From Tubiluchus corallicola (Eukaryota; Animalia; Priapulida): a stretch of DNA of 64,000 nt. The stretch spans positions 310,001-374,000 of the forward strand of contig JAQGDQ010000124.1 in assembly GCA_030141605.1 (NCBI GenBank), in the 5' to 3' direction. The notes under the pieces were generated by a model. That model saw nothing but the letters and a program-made list of their open reading frames with translations, was not told the origin of the DNA and searched no databases. This document shows, in pieces, positions 51,201 to 64,000 of the stretch; position 1 is the first letter of the stretch; every line of letters begins with the position of its first letter. The translations under genes were made by a program, and so were the position numbers.

Positions 51201-54200
51201 TGAAAGAAAACTAGCTACTAGAATTTGAAACAAAACTAGCTACTAGAATTTGAAACAAAACAATTACTAAAATTTGAAACAAAACAATTACTAAAATTTG
51301 AAACAAAAATAGGTACTAGAATTTGAAATAAAACTAGCTACAAGAATTTGAAACAAAATTAGCTACTGAAATTTGAAACAAAACTAGCTACTAAAATTTT
51401 AAACAAAACTAGCTACTAGAATTTTGAACAAAACTAGCTACTAGAATTTTGAACAAAATTAGCTACTAGAATTTGAAATAAAACTAGCTACTAGAATTTG
51501 AAACAAAACTAGCTACTAGAATTTGAAATAAAACTAGCTACTGAAATTTGAAGTAAAACTAGCTACTGGAATTTGAAACAAAACTAGCTACTAGAATTTG
51601 AAAGAAAACTAGCTACTAGAATTTCAAACAAAACTAGCTACTAGAACTTGAAACAAAGCTAGATACTGAAATTTTAAACTAAACTAACTACTGAAATTTG
51701 AAGATAATTCTAGCTACTAGAATTTGAAACAAAACTAGTTACTAGAATTTGAAATAAAACTAGCTACTAGAATTTGAAATAAAACTAGCTACTAGAATTT
51801 GAAACAAAATTAGCTACTGAAATTTGAAACAAAACTAGCTACTAAAATTTTAAACAAAACTAGCTACTAGAATTTTGAACAAAATTAGCTACTAGAATTT
51901 GAAATAAAACTAACTACTAGAATTTGAAATAAAACTAGCTACTAGAATTTGAAACAAAACTAGCTACTAGAATTTGAAACAAAACTAGCTACTAGCATTT
52001 GAAATAAAACTAGCTACTAGAATTTGAAACAAAACTAGCTACTAGAATTTGAAACAAAAGTAGTTACTGGAATTTGAAACAGAACTAGCTACTGAAATTT
52101 GAAAACATACTTGATTTAGTTTCATGTTAAATTCTTTACATGCAAATTTTTTGCAGTAGTTCACATTTTATTGACTAGTTTACAGAATTTCAAAACTACA
52201 TTGAATTAAAGGTCCATATTTTTCATTTTGCTGCCTACTTTTCTTTTAGTTTTTGTTTGAGTAGCTTGTCCATTATTGGGGCATAGATGTATTGCATGTG
52301 TCAAGATAAATTGTAACATAACTTAGAAATGTGTATTATATCATGCAAGTTTTTTTCTGTAAGTCTTGTCTAAATTGTTTGTTTACTTTCCAGAAAAATC
52401 TGTGAAGTTATTATGTAAAAAAGAGATGATGCTTTTATTCATAGTAAAAGCATATGCAGGTGAGTGATGAAATATTGCTTAATTTACTTTGTCCATTTTT
52501 ATTTGAATTTTTCTTCAAAGTAAAAGGAACACCAATAGTTAGCGTCTCTCGGCTTGTCAACCATGATAGTTTCTCAAGAGACATTAAACTGTTCAGTCTG
52601 TAACACAGTCAAATCTCAATTTACCACCTTATACCGTTCTACAAGGTTTTCCAAATGGTGAATTGTTCGTAAATTCAAATCCATTTTTCTCATAAGAAAT
52701 AATGTAAATTGGATTGATTCATTCTGCAACCCCGAAGGTTAAATCCATATAACAGTGTAGCATATTTTTTTCAACTATGGCATTTTTTTTTTTGAACAAT
52801 TTGATCAAGAATTGATCGAACTGTTTGACAAAATAGAGTTTCATTCTCTAGGCTCGGCTATAATTATTATCATTACCTGTTATCGCTTGGCAGCCATTTG
52901 TGCTTTTCTTTCTTTTTTGTTGGCATTTTTGTTTAAGTTGTAGAAAAGCGATTGGATTCACTACATTTGATGGTATTAGAGCAGTCGCCACTATTAAAAC
53001 CATGGATAATAAAACCAGCCTGATTTTAGAACCATTTAAGCACGATCCGGAATTTACCCCTATAGAAACTGTTGTTAAGAAAATTTGGTTAATAAAACCT
53101 GTGTGCTATCTTGTAAGGGTTTTCAGTTTCCAGTATTTTCAGTAACAGATCACAAAAGCAATAGCAAAATGAAAAAAATTAAATTTTTTTGGTGGTTTGC
53201 CTATTTTTTAAGATACACAGTTGAAATTTAAAGTCTCATTTTCTAAATTCACCTCTTCTTAGTCAAACTCACACCGGAAGTTAAAGTCGATTGATTCGTC
53301 ATGACCGCGCTGCATATACAGCTACTGAAGTACATTTCAGTCTGTTGAATGAACTTAAATCACCATTGTGCATTGTTGACTATTCAGTAGGCATGCGAGC
53401 GAGCTGACTGTTTAATTGTCATATGCTATTAATTAGGGTGAAGCGTTTATGTACTGTACTTTGCCAAATTACACATGCTTGCAACAGGCTGTTGGTTAAT
53501 AAAACCACTGTTGGTTAAGACCAGTTATTGCTGGTCCCATTGTAGCTTTATTAAGCAATGACTACTGTAATATCATCTGTTTTCAAATGATCGAAAAGCA
53601 CAAAATTAAACCTTACGTTGTTTCGTTATTTTGGTATAGATTCATACTCTATAGTAGTATACATTCTTCAAGTTTAATAAACGTTTTTAATACAGTTTGG
53701 TACTGTACTTGCCCTAATCGTATTTACGTTGTTGTAACAAGACTGGAACCTAGCTTATTATTAAATGATCCCCGAAATTGGACACTAAGCTGACAGAGAA
53801 ATTTTAATGCATAAGAGAAATAGCCAGTGGAATGTGGTAGATAAAATTGCATAGGAGCAGTTTTCTTTATAGTCCCCATCCATTTATAACCCAGGGCAAG
53901 ATTGCTCAACTGTCTAGTAGTAGCTTTCCTGGTAGTCGCTCATCTATTTATAACCCGGGTTCCGATAGTTTAGCTTTGCAACTGTGTGGACACTGTGACC
54001 ACTCAGCTGTTTTTAAATTAAAATGCCGAAGGAAAACAGTGGATTTTGACATCTGAATGATATCTGACGTCACAATTTAAGAGTTGGAAAATTTTTGTGT
54101 TTATCAAATTTTGTGGAATATGCTCCTACTTCATTATGATTGTATATGAAACAGGGATATTGGTGATGTTTCATGGAGCTGTGTATTCTACAAGTATTGG

Positions 54201-57200
54201 TCACACACAGCAGTTTGGTGAAAAGGCAAAGCAGCTGATAGGTCTTCATGGCTTGATGATCGGTGTTTCTGAAGTTATTGGTGAGTTTTGATGGGAGGTT
54301 TATGTGTAGGAGGTTGTGAGTTCGATACAGCGACAGGGTCATGCTCCAAAGACTTTAAAAATGATACCTGCTATTTTCCTGCCTGGCACATGGTATGTTG
54401 AGTAAACATGGGGTAATGATAGTCTCTGTTGTGTAATTGTAGATTGTTATTTACAGTCGGCCTAAAAACTCTTTGGAGCTTACGTTAATTGTTTATCTTG
54501 AAAGCCAACTTTAAATAAATTTATCATTATTATTATTATTTATTATTATTTTATTAGGAAGCAAGTCAGTACTCAAAATTGGTTTACATTTAATAATATT
54601 GGTGATGTTGCCTTGTATTATCAATATTGCCCTGTAATTTTGTTTAGCCTTGGTATTGTAAGGTGTGTTTTTTGTGAGATTTTATAGATTACTGTGCAGT
54701 AAAAAGTATTTTAGTAAAATTTGTTTAAAATGGCAAACTTTGTTTCAATAATTTTTGAAATGTCTTCAGTGAGTAATTTTATTACCTATATGAAACCTAA
54801 TAGAGATTATCCACACTGATGATTTATTATTGCAAAGTTATGGAAAAGATGTTGTTATGCACTTGTGTTTACTTTATTTATCTAGCTCAGCGTTGTGCCT
54901 TTATATGTTGTTGTAGGCGCTCACTGCTTAAAAGTTTATTATGACTCTGATTTTCTTATGCTTAAAGAACAAGAAAAGGCCTAGTTGAAGTAAGTCTCAG
55001 AAAATTTTCGCAAAACATTATAAACATGAGAGGCAATCTTAAGCATTTATCATACTCACGTTAAAAGAATTTCCTGTTTGTTTTCATTTTAAATACTCCC
55101 GCGAGACTGTCATGGCGGCACCATATTAGATGGCATCACGGAACCACAACACAAATCTTTATAGTTCGCGTGCTTAAAACTCACTGTGACTGTGTTCGAG
55201 TGATGTCATGCCATGTGATCAGTCACATGCTGGCTTTTCAATTGGCGGACTAAATGAAACATGAAGCTAAACACCAGCTTTGACTGCTTACCTTTCTATG
55301 TGTGCTTTTTTAATTCTTTCATTTTTAGGAGGATTTTGCGTTATTAAGTTTGGCAGACGGGCCATGCGATCTCAATGTATCTTAGAGCCGATGTTTTTGA
55401 CCGGCACTGTTGTTCACGTGACTGCATACTTGTTCGCTTACCTTAATCTTCCAACAATGTCACCTGTTGAAGAAACAGATAACTTGTCTTTCATTGTCCC
55501 GCCCAGGTAATACAAGTCTGCCTACAGTTTTATGCAGTTAGAAAACTATACTGAAATGTCAATCAAAAACTCTTTTTGGAGATACTTTAGTTGTGTACTC
55601 GTAACATAGTTAACAAATTTCAGCAGGCAAAATGATATAAATAGTATGTTTTTATTATTTGTGTACAGTAGATTTTCAATCAAAATGTTTTGTAAACTTT
55701 CGTCAGTTCATGAACACAATATTATAAGGGAATCCTGTGTTGATAACTAAAAAAAAATGAAATATTTTGACTAAAAATACAGTTTACCATATAATGCTAT
55801 TTTAAGCATTTTATTTATTTTATTTGTTGATAGTTTTTTAATATTTTTATTTATTTGCCTAGAACCATAGATAGCATAAGTGATTCTGATAACAGACGGG
55901 AAAATGTGCTGAATTTTAAAGCGATTTTCGACAAAATTTACTACCTGTAATTAAGTGATATTTTGTCTGATTCAATGGAAGTTTAGCTTGCTGTATCTGT
56001 ACTCATAATAATGTTTTGTGAAGTGTTGCTACTGCTTATTGCCAATACTGTCACTGCTTCATAGGTTTGTCACAACTGCGACCGGTAACCTTAAACTTTG
56101 AAGTTGTTGTGTGCAATATTGTGGTACTTCATAATTAAAATGTAGTTTGTTTCTAATTTGCAGCATCAGTATTGCTCTAGTCACTAGTTTCATGCTGGGC
56201 ATTGGATCTTCGTTTTTCTTTTCACAGGTATGAAGTTTCATTTGTTTGTAGTTTTATAGTATTAGTCTTTTCACTTATTCCCTTTCATTTATTACATTAT
56301 TTATAACACTACAAGCTGTAACATTTTACAAAAAGTAGTTTCTGGTTTCTGTACAATATAATACAGTGAATTACAGTGAAAAATGTTATATGTTTTGGTT
56401 TAATAGATTTCCGAACAAATGCTTTTGTCCTCTTTTGGTTATGTTTTAGTTTTATGCAAATGTGTAAGTTGAAGAAGCTTAATTCTAGATATGTTAGTAA
56501 AAACTTAAAACATTTTTGTTGACCTGCAGCTACTACTCTAGTAATAATTTAATACTTTTAAGTTTCACTTCATAGTTACTCCCTTCAGCAGTAAAGTAAA
56601 GCACTTCTGTGTTTAGCAACAAAATTAAAAAAAACTAAGTCATTTACACTTTTATCGATCTCCAAAGGGTATTTAGTTTTAGTTTCTTAACTCGGTCCGT
56701 GCAAGCAGGAGTGAGAACATTAACCCCTTCACTACGTAGTTGCTTTTTAACTGGGTCACATTGACTTTTCCACATTTGATATTAACTTCTTGTGGCGTGT
56801 TGTTAAAACAGAATCTTGTAAATAAACAAATAGCTGTTCGTTATTAAGTACTAATATGAAATATTAGTTTTATTTCTACACATGCACGCACGCACGCACA
56901 CACACACCCTCGTGAATAAGCATGTACTTATATTTAGAAACCAGTTCTCATGCAAAAGACACAATACTAATCCATAATATGCAATCATTTTATAAGAATG
57001 CAGAACAATCAACTAAATGTACTTTTCATCAACAATCTACAAGTGATTTTGTGTGAGAACATACCATACAGTGCAGTATTGTGGAATACGCCTGGCGTTA
57101 CCTGTTGCGAAGCAACCCCCAATCCCATGGCTATTAAACTTTTCTACAATGCTTTGCATGGCTGTAGCAGTGAAATAAACAGACCTGGGTGACTGTGCTT

Positions 57201-58296
57201 AGTGCTGAGCTTGGGCGGCAGTGTGCTGCCTTCCATCCGTTGTATGAAAAACATAGGCGGCAGTGTGCCATCTTCCATAGTGAAAGGGTTAACAAGGCAC
57301 TAAAAGCACTGAGTAGTCCCACTCGCACTGTACAACAACGCTTAATATTATTTCTTGTTCTGCTGAACGTGGGTTTTTATTATTCATATAGTTTTACATC
57401 TTTTTTCGTGTCATGATTTAAAATTCATAATTTTCCAAGAATATCATTTGCATAATTTTGAAATTGATTGATTAAATTAACAGACAAGTTTTTTATTTTA
57501 GTTGTTTACATTGATGAGTTTGATGTTTTATGAAGACAGTGCACCTGCATTTGCCATTACAAAGTGCTTCAGTGTAAGTTTTTAATTTGTAAATGTTTGC
57601 AGTTTATATTTAATTCTGTAAATGTGAATATCTTACATGCATTGTGTTGCAAATGATTTTATGGTGATAATTTGTTCTGTTGGATAAACTGTCCTTTTTA
57701 TACACTTCATTACCCCGTGAGCCAGAATCCAGCACTAATCTGATAGCCTACTCAATGAGATTTTTTGATGTGACAGGAGTCAGGTTCAGTAGTCACTATA
57801 ATGGTTATTTAGCCAGCAGAGGTTCTTATTCATGTTACAAATGTTGTATGTACTTCCTCTATGAAGCGAATGGGCAAGGTTATGAATGCCCGGAACGAAC
57901 TGACTTTAGTATGCTATTACCCAACAAAACTTTTTGGTTCTTATCTCATATAGCTGTTATTGCAAGAAGATGTTATAGTATTGTTGAAGCAATGCCAGTG
58001 ACAAGAATGGCGCAAAATCAGAACATGGCATGTAAGATCCGAATTAGGACATTTTTGTAACTTTGCTATCGATGATGTAGAACATTTAGAAGATAAACCA
58101 GTAGCATAAGGCATTTTTAAATCACAAAAAACTACACTAGTACTGTTGTATACTATAATTACGCACATCTTTGTAGCTCCGTGTAGTCTTTCCAATTTCT
58201 TAACTGAATAAATTGTTGATTAAAGAAATTTGCTGTGCTGTATAAATTTGTCTTTTTTTTATTAATTCTTGTGTGAGACTTCAAAATCTGTATTCT

Positions 58297-58376
<80 letters not shown>

Positions 58377-58817
58377 TTTTATTTCTGTTTGTTTTTATAT
58401 TTATTTTTTATAGTTATTGCTAAAATTAATTTTAATTGCAGAAATAGGTGTTTCTTGAACTTTTAAATTGCATTTATAAATTCTCGTCTTTGACAACTAG
58501 GCGGGTTCATTTCTTCACTTTTTCCGATCCACTTTACAATTATGATTCTTTTTCTCTTAGCACTTTAAGCAGAAATATACTTAGAGCAAATGCTAATATG
58601 TTTTATTCTTGTCCAGGCATTGTCTGCTGCATTAGGATTTTACTGCACTAACTACTTGCCACTGTCGTACCAATCATCTATTCTGGGATCACTGTGCATT
58701 ATTGCAGCGATATCATACACTACCGTTCGTCATATGTACCAACGACGGAGCAGTAGCTCACTTTCAAGCAAGGCCTTTGCACGTCTACCAACGTCTCTGG
58801 AGTTTAGTCATATATAA
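45243..58817 (+). CDS. MFSD11: UNC93-like MFS transporter MFSD11 paralog a, 13 coding exons: 45243-45329, 45695-45735, 46520-46627, 46923-47002, 48257-48353, 49825-50016, 50335-50372, 52394-52459, 54155-54280, 55329-55506, 56164-56227, 57502-57573, 58617-58817
   Basis: Phase-consistent GT-AG exons give FNVVLLSVGFSLLFTAF, SNWFAPSVIAVTGPK, LGFGASILW, ETISRNIG, GNLYVW, GAVYSTSIGHTQQFGEKAKQLIGL, EDSAPAFAI and AALGFY. Confidence 0.9.
47399..48028. mobile_element. MITE, copy 2 (same family as 27748-28343)
   Basis: Imperfect TIRs (..gttgcaattaca / tgtaattgctctatatgcagtc) and shared internal blocks. Confidence 0.8.
50575..52103. repeat. 25-bp minisatellite, about 61 copies, in an MFSD11-a intron
   Basis: Consensus AAAACTAGCTACTAGAATTTGAAAC repeated head-to-tail without spacers. 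Confidence 0.97.
54290..54420 (+). mobile_element. Degenerate tRNA-derived SINE fragment
   Basis: B-box-like GAGTTCGATAC followed by a SINE-like core gactttaaaaatgatacctgctattttcctgcctggcac. Confidence 0.5.
56724..57288. mobile_element. piggyBac-type MITE
   Basis: TTAA flanks at 56720-56723 and 57289-57292; TIRs CCCCTTCACTA / TAGTGAAAGGG; subterminal direct repeat ggcggcagtgtgc. Confidence 0.75.
58302..58374. repeat. (GT)n microsatellite
   Basis: Visible directly in the sequence. Confidence 0.97.
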
Positions 58818-60397
58818 TATATAATTTGCATGATCTTTATGATGATCTTCACTGAATAATTTTGCAATTGACTGGCCATTATTTGTACTCTGTTTGTTCG
58901 CTATAAAATATTTGGGTTGTTGTTTTTTAAAATATTGGCAAACATTTATCTATTTAATCATGTTACTATTATTCATTTTGTAACCATCGTGTTCATGTAC
59001 TTAAATTATTTACAATTGTATTTGGTGAAAGATTCCAGTATATTTCCTTAGGTGTAAATTTATAGTAGCATTTTACAAATTGCTGATGTAGAAAAATGGT
59101 ATTAACATATAATGTGTTATTCTACTGTGGTGACGTTAATTATTTTTCTCTGAGAGGATTTTGTGCAAATAATGTATCAATTTTATACTACTATTGTACT
59201 TATATTAAACTTTATTTTATTAAAGGTTTTTCTTACATGTACTACTTTGAATTTTTAATTAGCCAGATTAATAAGCTGTAGCACATCTGCTATGTAACAG
59301 GAACAACAGCTGTTACATGTACGAATTGTACATCTTTCACACGGTAATCGTAATTTAATGTGTGTGGTACAATCATAATTATTGGAAGAGGGAATAAATT
59401 ACACATTATCTAATTTTCACTGCTTTTCATAATAATGTAAAAATGGACAGTAATCGTCTAATTAAATCTGTACAAGCAACAAAAAGTGCATCTTAACGAA
59501 ATAACAAAATGACAAAAAATAACAATATGAATAAATAAAAAAGCTCTCATAGCACATAATACATTTTAATGTGTTATAAAAGTGTAAATTCAATCCAAAA
59601 AAACCGCACACATCGTAAAAATATAAAATTAATTACTACAGTCACTGTTAATGATGCCTAATTATTTTACAAATTTTACACAACACAGTTGGCAGTGAGT
59701 TCTGCGATTCTCCTCCACCTGATTTTTCCTTTTTAAACTGCTGAAGCTTTATAGCCTGTGTTTGCTATAACGTTTTACTGTAGAGAAACTCATTGTTAAA
59801 ATGAAGCAGTTCTCAAGCTTCTTATGTAAGAAGCTTTAAAAATTCTAACAGTAGATCTGCATTGAAGTTATAGATTAATAAATGTTCAATAAATTTTTTT
59901 TAGAGCATAAGTCTAACAACTTCAACAAACTGAACAATATCGTCTTTGAAGTAGAAAAAAATCGTCCCCGTGACTGTCGTTAGCATTGGTTAACTTGAAG
60001 CTTGAATTAAATGTTTCATTTTCGAGAGTAGCCGAAGACTTCGACGATTGTGATACTCAGTGTCAAATTGGCGCTGAACTAATTCTGCCTGCCCAATGTC
60101 TATAATAGACGTGACGGGCGTATGATGATGATGAAATGTTGATAATGCAACTAAATAGTCTAAAATGAAGAAAAAACTAGAAGAATGAAAAAATGGTGAA
60201 GAAATGCCAGAGAATAAGCAGAATATTAAGAACATATCACGTAAAAGTTTGTTTTGCTTTTGTTGAATGAGTTTTATGTAATTAAAATTAGTTGGATTTT
60301 TTTATGAGTTTTGGTTTTCATTTTTATTATTATTATTACATTAACTTTTTCTTTCATGAGTGAGCATATCTACATGTATGCACACCCACACATACGC

Positions 60398-60428
<31 letters not shown>

Positions 60429-61124
60429 CTGTGTGTGTGTGTGTGTGTATTCAATTCTGTTCAATTTATTTATTAACTCCGCAAGAATTATCAAAATACA
60501 GTATCAGAAATACATGCAATATGTTTGAAGCAAAGGAAAAGGACAGCGAAGAACCCATAGGTTATCGAGTCAGCCACCTTTAAATAGCTAGGATTAAATA
60601 AAATTAATTTTGGCACCGTTCTCAATTTAAATTTATATTCGGTTGACTTGTGTAATTGGCAATTAAATGATGGGAAACGTAATACTGTAGAACATAATAA
60701 TTTAAATAACCAAAAATTTTCAATTCTAAACTACTGTGAATCATGCGAAGCAAACATAATAAAAATAACTTAAAATTTTAAATCAGGCAATAACAAAAAC
60801 AATAGAATGATCAACCAAAGATGCTGAGAAAAAGAATATAATAAATTAAACCAAAGAAAAATAAGCTAAATATAAATTATACAAAAACAAAAAACAGAAG
60901 CAAATAAAAAAACAAAATTGAAATGTTGTAATAATAACATCAGCGACTGAAGCTGTCGAGAAAAAGAATATAATAAATTAAACCATCGAAAAACTAAGTC
61001 AACTGTAAATAAGACAAAATGAAATCGAAATATAGCAAAAACTTAAACAAAAACGTAAGGAAGGTTTTTGTAACATTGAAAAAATATGTATAGGTATTCC
61101 AAGTACTAAAGTAAAATATCTCAT

Positions 61125-61470
61125 TCATTTGTACCCTGCAATAAGTTTTTTATAGTTTAGAATTAACTTATTGTAGTTACTTGACTTTAATTGATCTGAT
61201 AATGAATTCCACGGCAAAGATCCTTGGTGTTTTAAAGAATTCTGACCTTTAGATGAATTAAATATTTCAATAAAATGAGACTGGGTAGTTGCAAACCTAG
61301 CAGAATGGTGAAGAATGTGACATGCTAAAGTATAATAATTGCTGAACAGATCCGGGACTGAATTATTTTTGAATTTGTATACACACTTGACCAGTTCTAA
61401 TTTATACAGATCATACTTTTAGTACTTAGCTTTAATTGCAAATACAAAGGCGTTACATGTTCCCTTTTAC
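61125..61470 (-). mobile_element. Degenerate CR1-like LINE 3' fragment
   Basis: Translates with frameshifts to ..NSVPDLFSNYY..HHSARF..GQNSLKHQGSLPWNSLSDQLK.., which resembles CR1 ORF2 C-termini. Confidence 0.65.
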
Positions 61471-61879
61471 TGGTAAATGTTATAAGTTTGATAATCTTGT
61501 TTTGTTTAGAAACCAATGATTTTAAGACGTGTGTGTCTGTGTGTGTGTGTGTGTGTGTGCGCGCGTGCGTGTGAGTGCATGTGTGTGTAGACTGCTAAAT
61601 TCAGTGGAAACGCATTTTTTTAAATAAAAAAATGTGAAGATTTGTTTATATTTTGGGAAATTATCAAACCAAATCTACCAGTTCACAGTATTTGTTCTGC
61701 TTGAAAAACTATTTTTTTCTGTTAGTTTACAATTGTTCAGCCATGAGAGCAGCTGTCTTGATAATGTACACAGCCTTGACTTGGCAGGAAGGATGACTTC
61801 ACAGCATTTGGTAAACTGCATTGAGTACTAAGTTGCCAGCATATTGACTTGTCTTTGTCGTATTTTACAACGTACTGCA

Positions 61880-63182
61880 ATGGATAAGAAAACCTTCAAT
61901 GTTGCATTAATGAGTTTGGCATTTGCCCTACTTTTTACAGCTTCTGGTACTTGCGAACTTATAGAGGTAAATAAAGTACCGTAAGTTTACGATGGTTATC
62001 TTTTAATTAAAGAAGTCTTGCTCATAGTTGTGATAGAATTTTAAAACTAAACAAAGAAAGACACTTAGTATTAGTTATTTCAAACATTCATTATTAATTT
62101 TATGTGTTCTGTTACTAATTGCTGTTGTAATAAGATGATTGTGTAGACTTGTAAGATTGCATTGTGAGCACTGTGCAGGTAATATGTACTGTATTACATT
62201 GCAATGCTTTAAATGCTTTAAAAGTTTGTTTACAAGATAAGCAATAATTAAGTAGAGAATTTTGTCTTTGAAGAAATAGCCTTATTTACAATTTTTATGA
62301 TATTTGTCATTAATACTAACAAAAATAATATAATATTAATATAATAATTATAATATATTATATTATAATTAACTGTTGTAATTATTTGAATTAACTGATA
62401 TGAATGACAAGCAAAGTATTTTGTGTGATGGCTTAGTCCACTTAAACATAATTTTTACAAGAGTGAGCATACTCGTAAATGAAAAAGCATATTGATTTAA
62501 GATATTTAATTTGTCAACAATTTTTGGTAATTTTGTTTATTACAGTCGTTTCTATATTTCTTCAGTAGAAGACCTTTTTGTTTTGTGTGTAAATTTGTGT
62601 CCCAAATTTGTTAATTTGTAATACGACTAAAAATGTTAGCTGTTTTTTTGCTGTTAATTATTTAAAGGCATTCAGTAGGCACAAATCTTACTTCCATAGC
62701 AAGATGGTTTTGTTTTGAATTTAACTGAGAGCAGTATCTATAGTTTTTTTTACAAAATGTGACAGTACTTGTAAAATTGATTTGTTCTTCAATATTTTAT
62801 CAAGATTTTAATATTCCTCTTTCAGCAAATTGTCCTAGAAAGTTTTGGGATTAATGGTTATATTAGGTAAGCAGCTTGATTTCTGTACTATATGTGTTGT
62901 ATCGTAACTTACTTCAGTTGTGTTTATTATTTTGTCATAAATTTCTCCAAGCATTTTCATGAATTCTTGTATTTTTAGTGATAATTTACTGAGTATTTTC
63001 TGTTTCATTCACTAATTGCATATTATATTTTTTGCTGTTTTGTAAAAAATGTTTACATTTTATATTTTTCATAGCCAGTCTATAATTTACGCATTTTTCT
63101 CAATATCTCTTTGGTTTGCACCCTCAGTGATCTCTATTACTGGACCAAAGTATGGGATGGTGATTGCAGGTACCATGCACAG
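61880..63182 (+). CDS. MFSD11: MFSD11 paralog b, first three coding exons (61880-61966, 62826-62866, 63075-63182); continues beyond the window
   Basis: MDKKTFNVALMSLAFALLFTASGTCELIE|QIVLESFGINGYIS|QSIIYAFFSISLWFAPSVISITGPKYG; exon sizes (87, 41, 108) are identical to paralog a. Confidence 0.9.
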
Positions 63183-63694
63183 GTATGATTAGTTTTACTA
63201 TTTTATACATCTGGCTTAATTCTTAGCTACCAATGCAAATAGCAGGGTTGCAAGTATAAAAGCTACTATGTGAGTTGCTGTTTGTACGTGTATTTTTATG
63301 TACTTATATTCACTGATATTGAATAAGATACAGTTTAGTTTCTGAAGTTCCAAGTAGGCTTAAAATGTAAATAGTTTGTATAAAGTACAAACCTGCATAA
63401 TTTTAGTTTCAACAAAGAATCTAATTATAGTTCAAAACCTTAAAATGCTGGAGAAGCACCTGATTTGAACATTTTTAGAACACGGTAAGGGTAATAATAC
63501 CATCACAGTTGGTGGCTCATAACAGAGCGGATTAGCACGTATGCTTTTGTGGGTTCGATTCTTGCTCTGGGAAGTATCATTTGTAAATCTTTGCTGTTTA
63601 GTTCATTGAGGCAGGATGAACCTGCAAAAAATTATACATCTGAATTTTGTTGCATACATTTGCCCATTGCAACATGTTGCTGACCTTAGAGGGA

Positions 63695-64000
63695 TATCCT
63701 TGATAAGCGAGCCACCCTATCATGTCACAAAATCAAGTATACCCTGATAGAAAGCCACTCTGTCATGCCACAAATATCAAGTGTGCCCTGTTAGTGAGCT
63801 GCCCTGTCATACCACAAACATCAAGTATGCCCTGATAGTGAGCTGCCCTGTCATGCCACAAACATCAAGTATGCCCTGATAGCGAGCCGCACTATCATGC
63901 CACAAACATCAAGTATGCCCTGATAGCGAGCCGTCCTGTCATGCCACAAACATCAAGTATGCCCCGATAGCGAGCCGCACTATCATGCCACAAACATCAA
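63695..64000. repeat. 44-bp minisatellite (at least 7 copies, runs off the window)
   Basis: Unit catgccacaaacatcaagtatgccctgatagcgagccgcactat and variants. Confidence 0.95.

Noticed and set aside
50575-52103. CRISPR-like appearance of the 25-bp array (and the 44-bp array at the window end)
   Set aside because: The units are contiguous with no unique spacers, there are no cas genes, and the context is a eukaryotic intron.
59675-59780. Coding-looking minus-strand stretch QTQAIKLQQFKKEKSGGGESQNSLPTVFV*
   Set aside because: No upstream exons or family could be assigned, and it is too short to call.
63505-63570. tRNA-like boxes (GGTTCGATTC; also A-box-like TAGCTGAGTGG near 26437)
   Set aside because: No cloverleaf can be built; probably decayed SINE heads.

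Overview
AT-rich eukaryotic animal DNA with GT-AG spliceosomal introns. A miR-279-family cluster implies a protostome; retention of delta-tubulin and a lophotrochozoan-type glycosyltransferase suggests a spiralian, but the species cannot be identified from this window. The + strand carries intron-rich genes: guanine deaminase (12 coding exons) and two tandem MFSD11/UNC93-like paralogs. The - strand carries two arrays of intronless ORFs. Array 1 is ESCO2-like, four miR-279-family hairpins, TUBD1 and PUS10. Array 2 is a disrupted glycosyltransferase-like ORF, PHOSPHO1/2-like, METTL21-like and LSM10, the last three nested antisense in GDA introns. Most of these ORFs have a splice acceptor just upstream. 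Two of them (ESCO2, PHOSPHO) also have a strong splice donor 8-20 nt before the ATG, and short non-coding exon candidates link the cistrons. This suggests operon-like loci that share one non-coding leader and select a cistron by alternative cis- or trans-splicing. The remainder is MITEs, LINE remnants, minisatellites and microsatellites. All calls were made by eye, without database searches.
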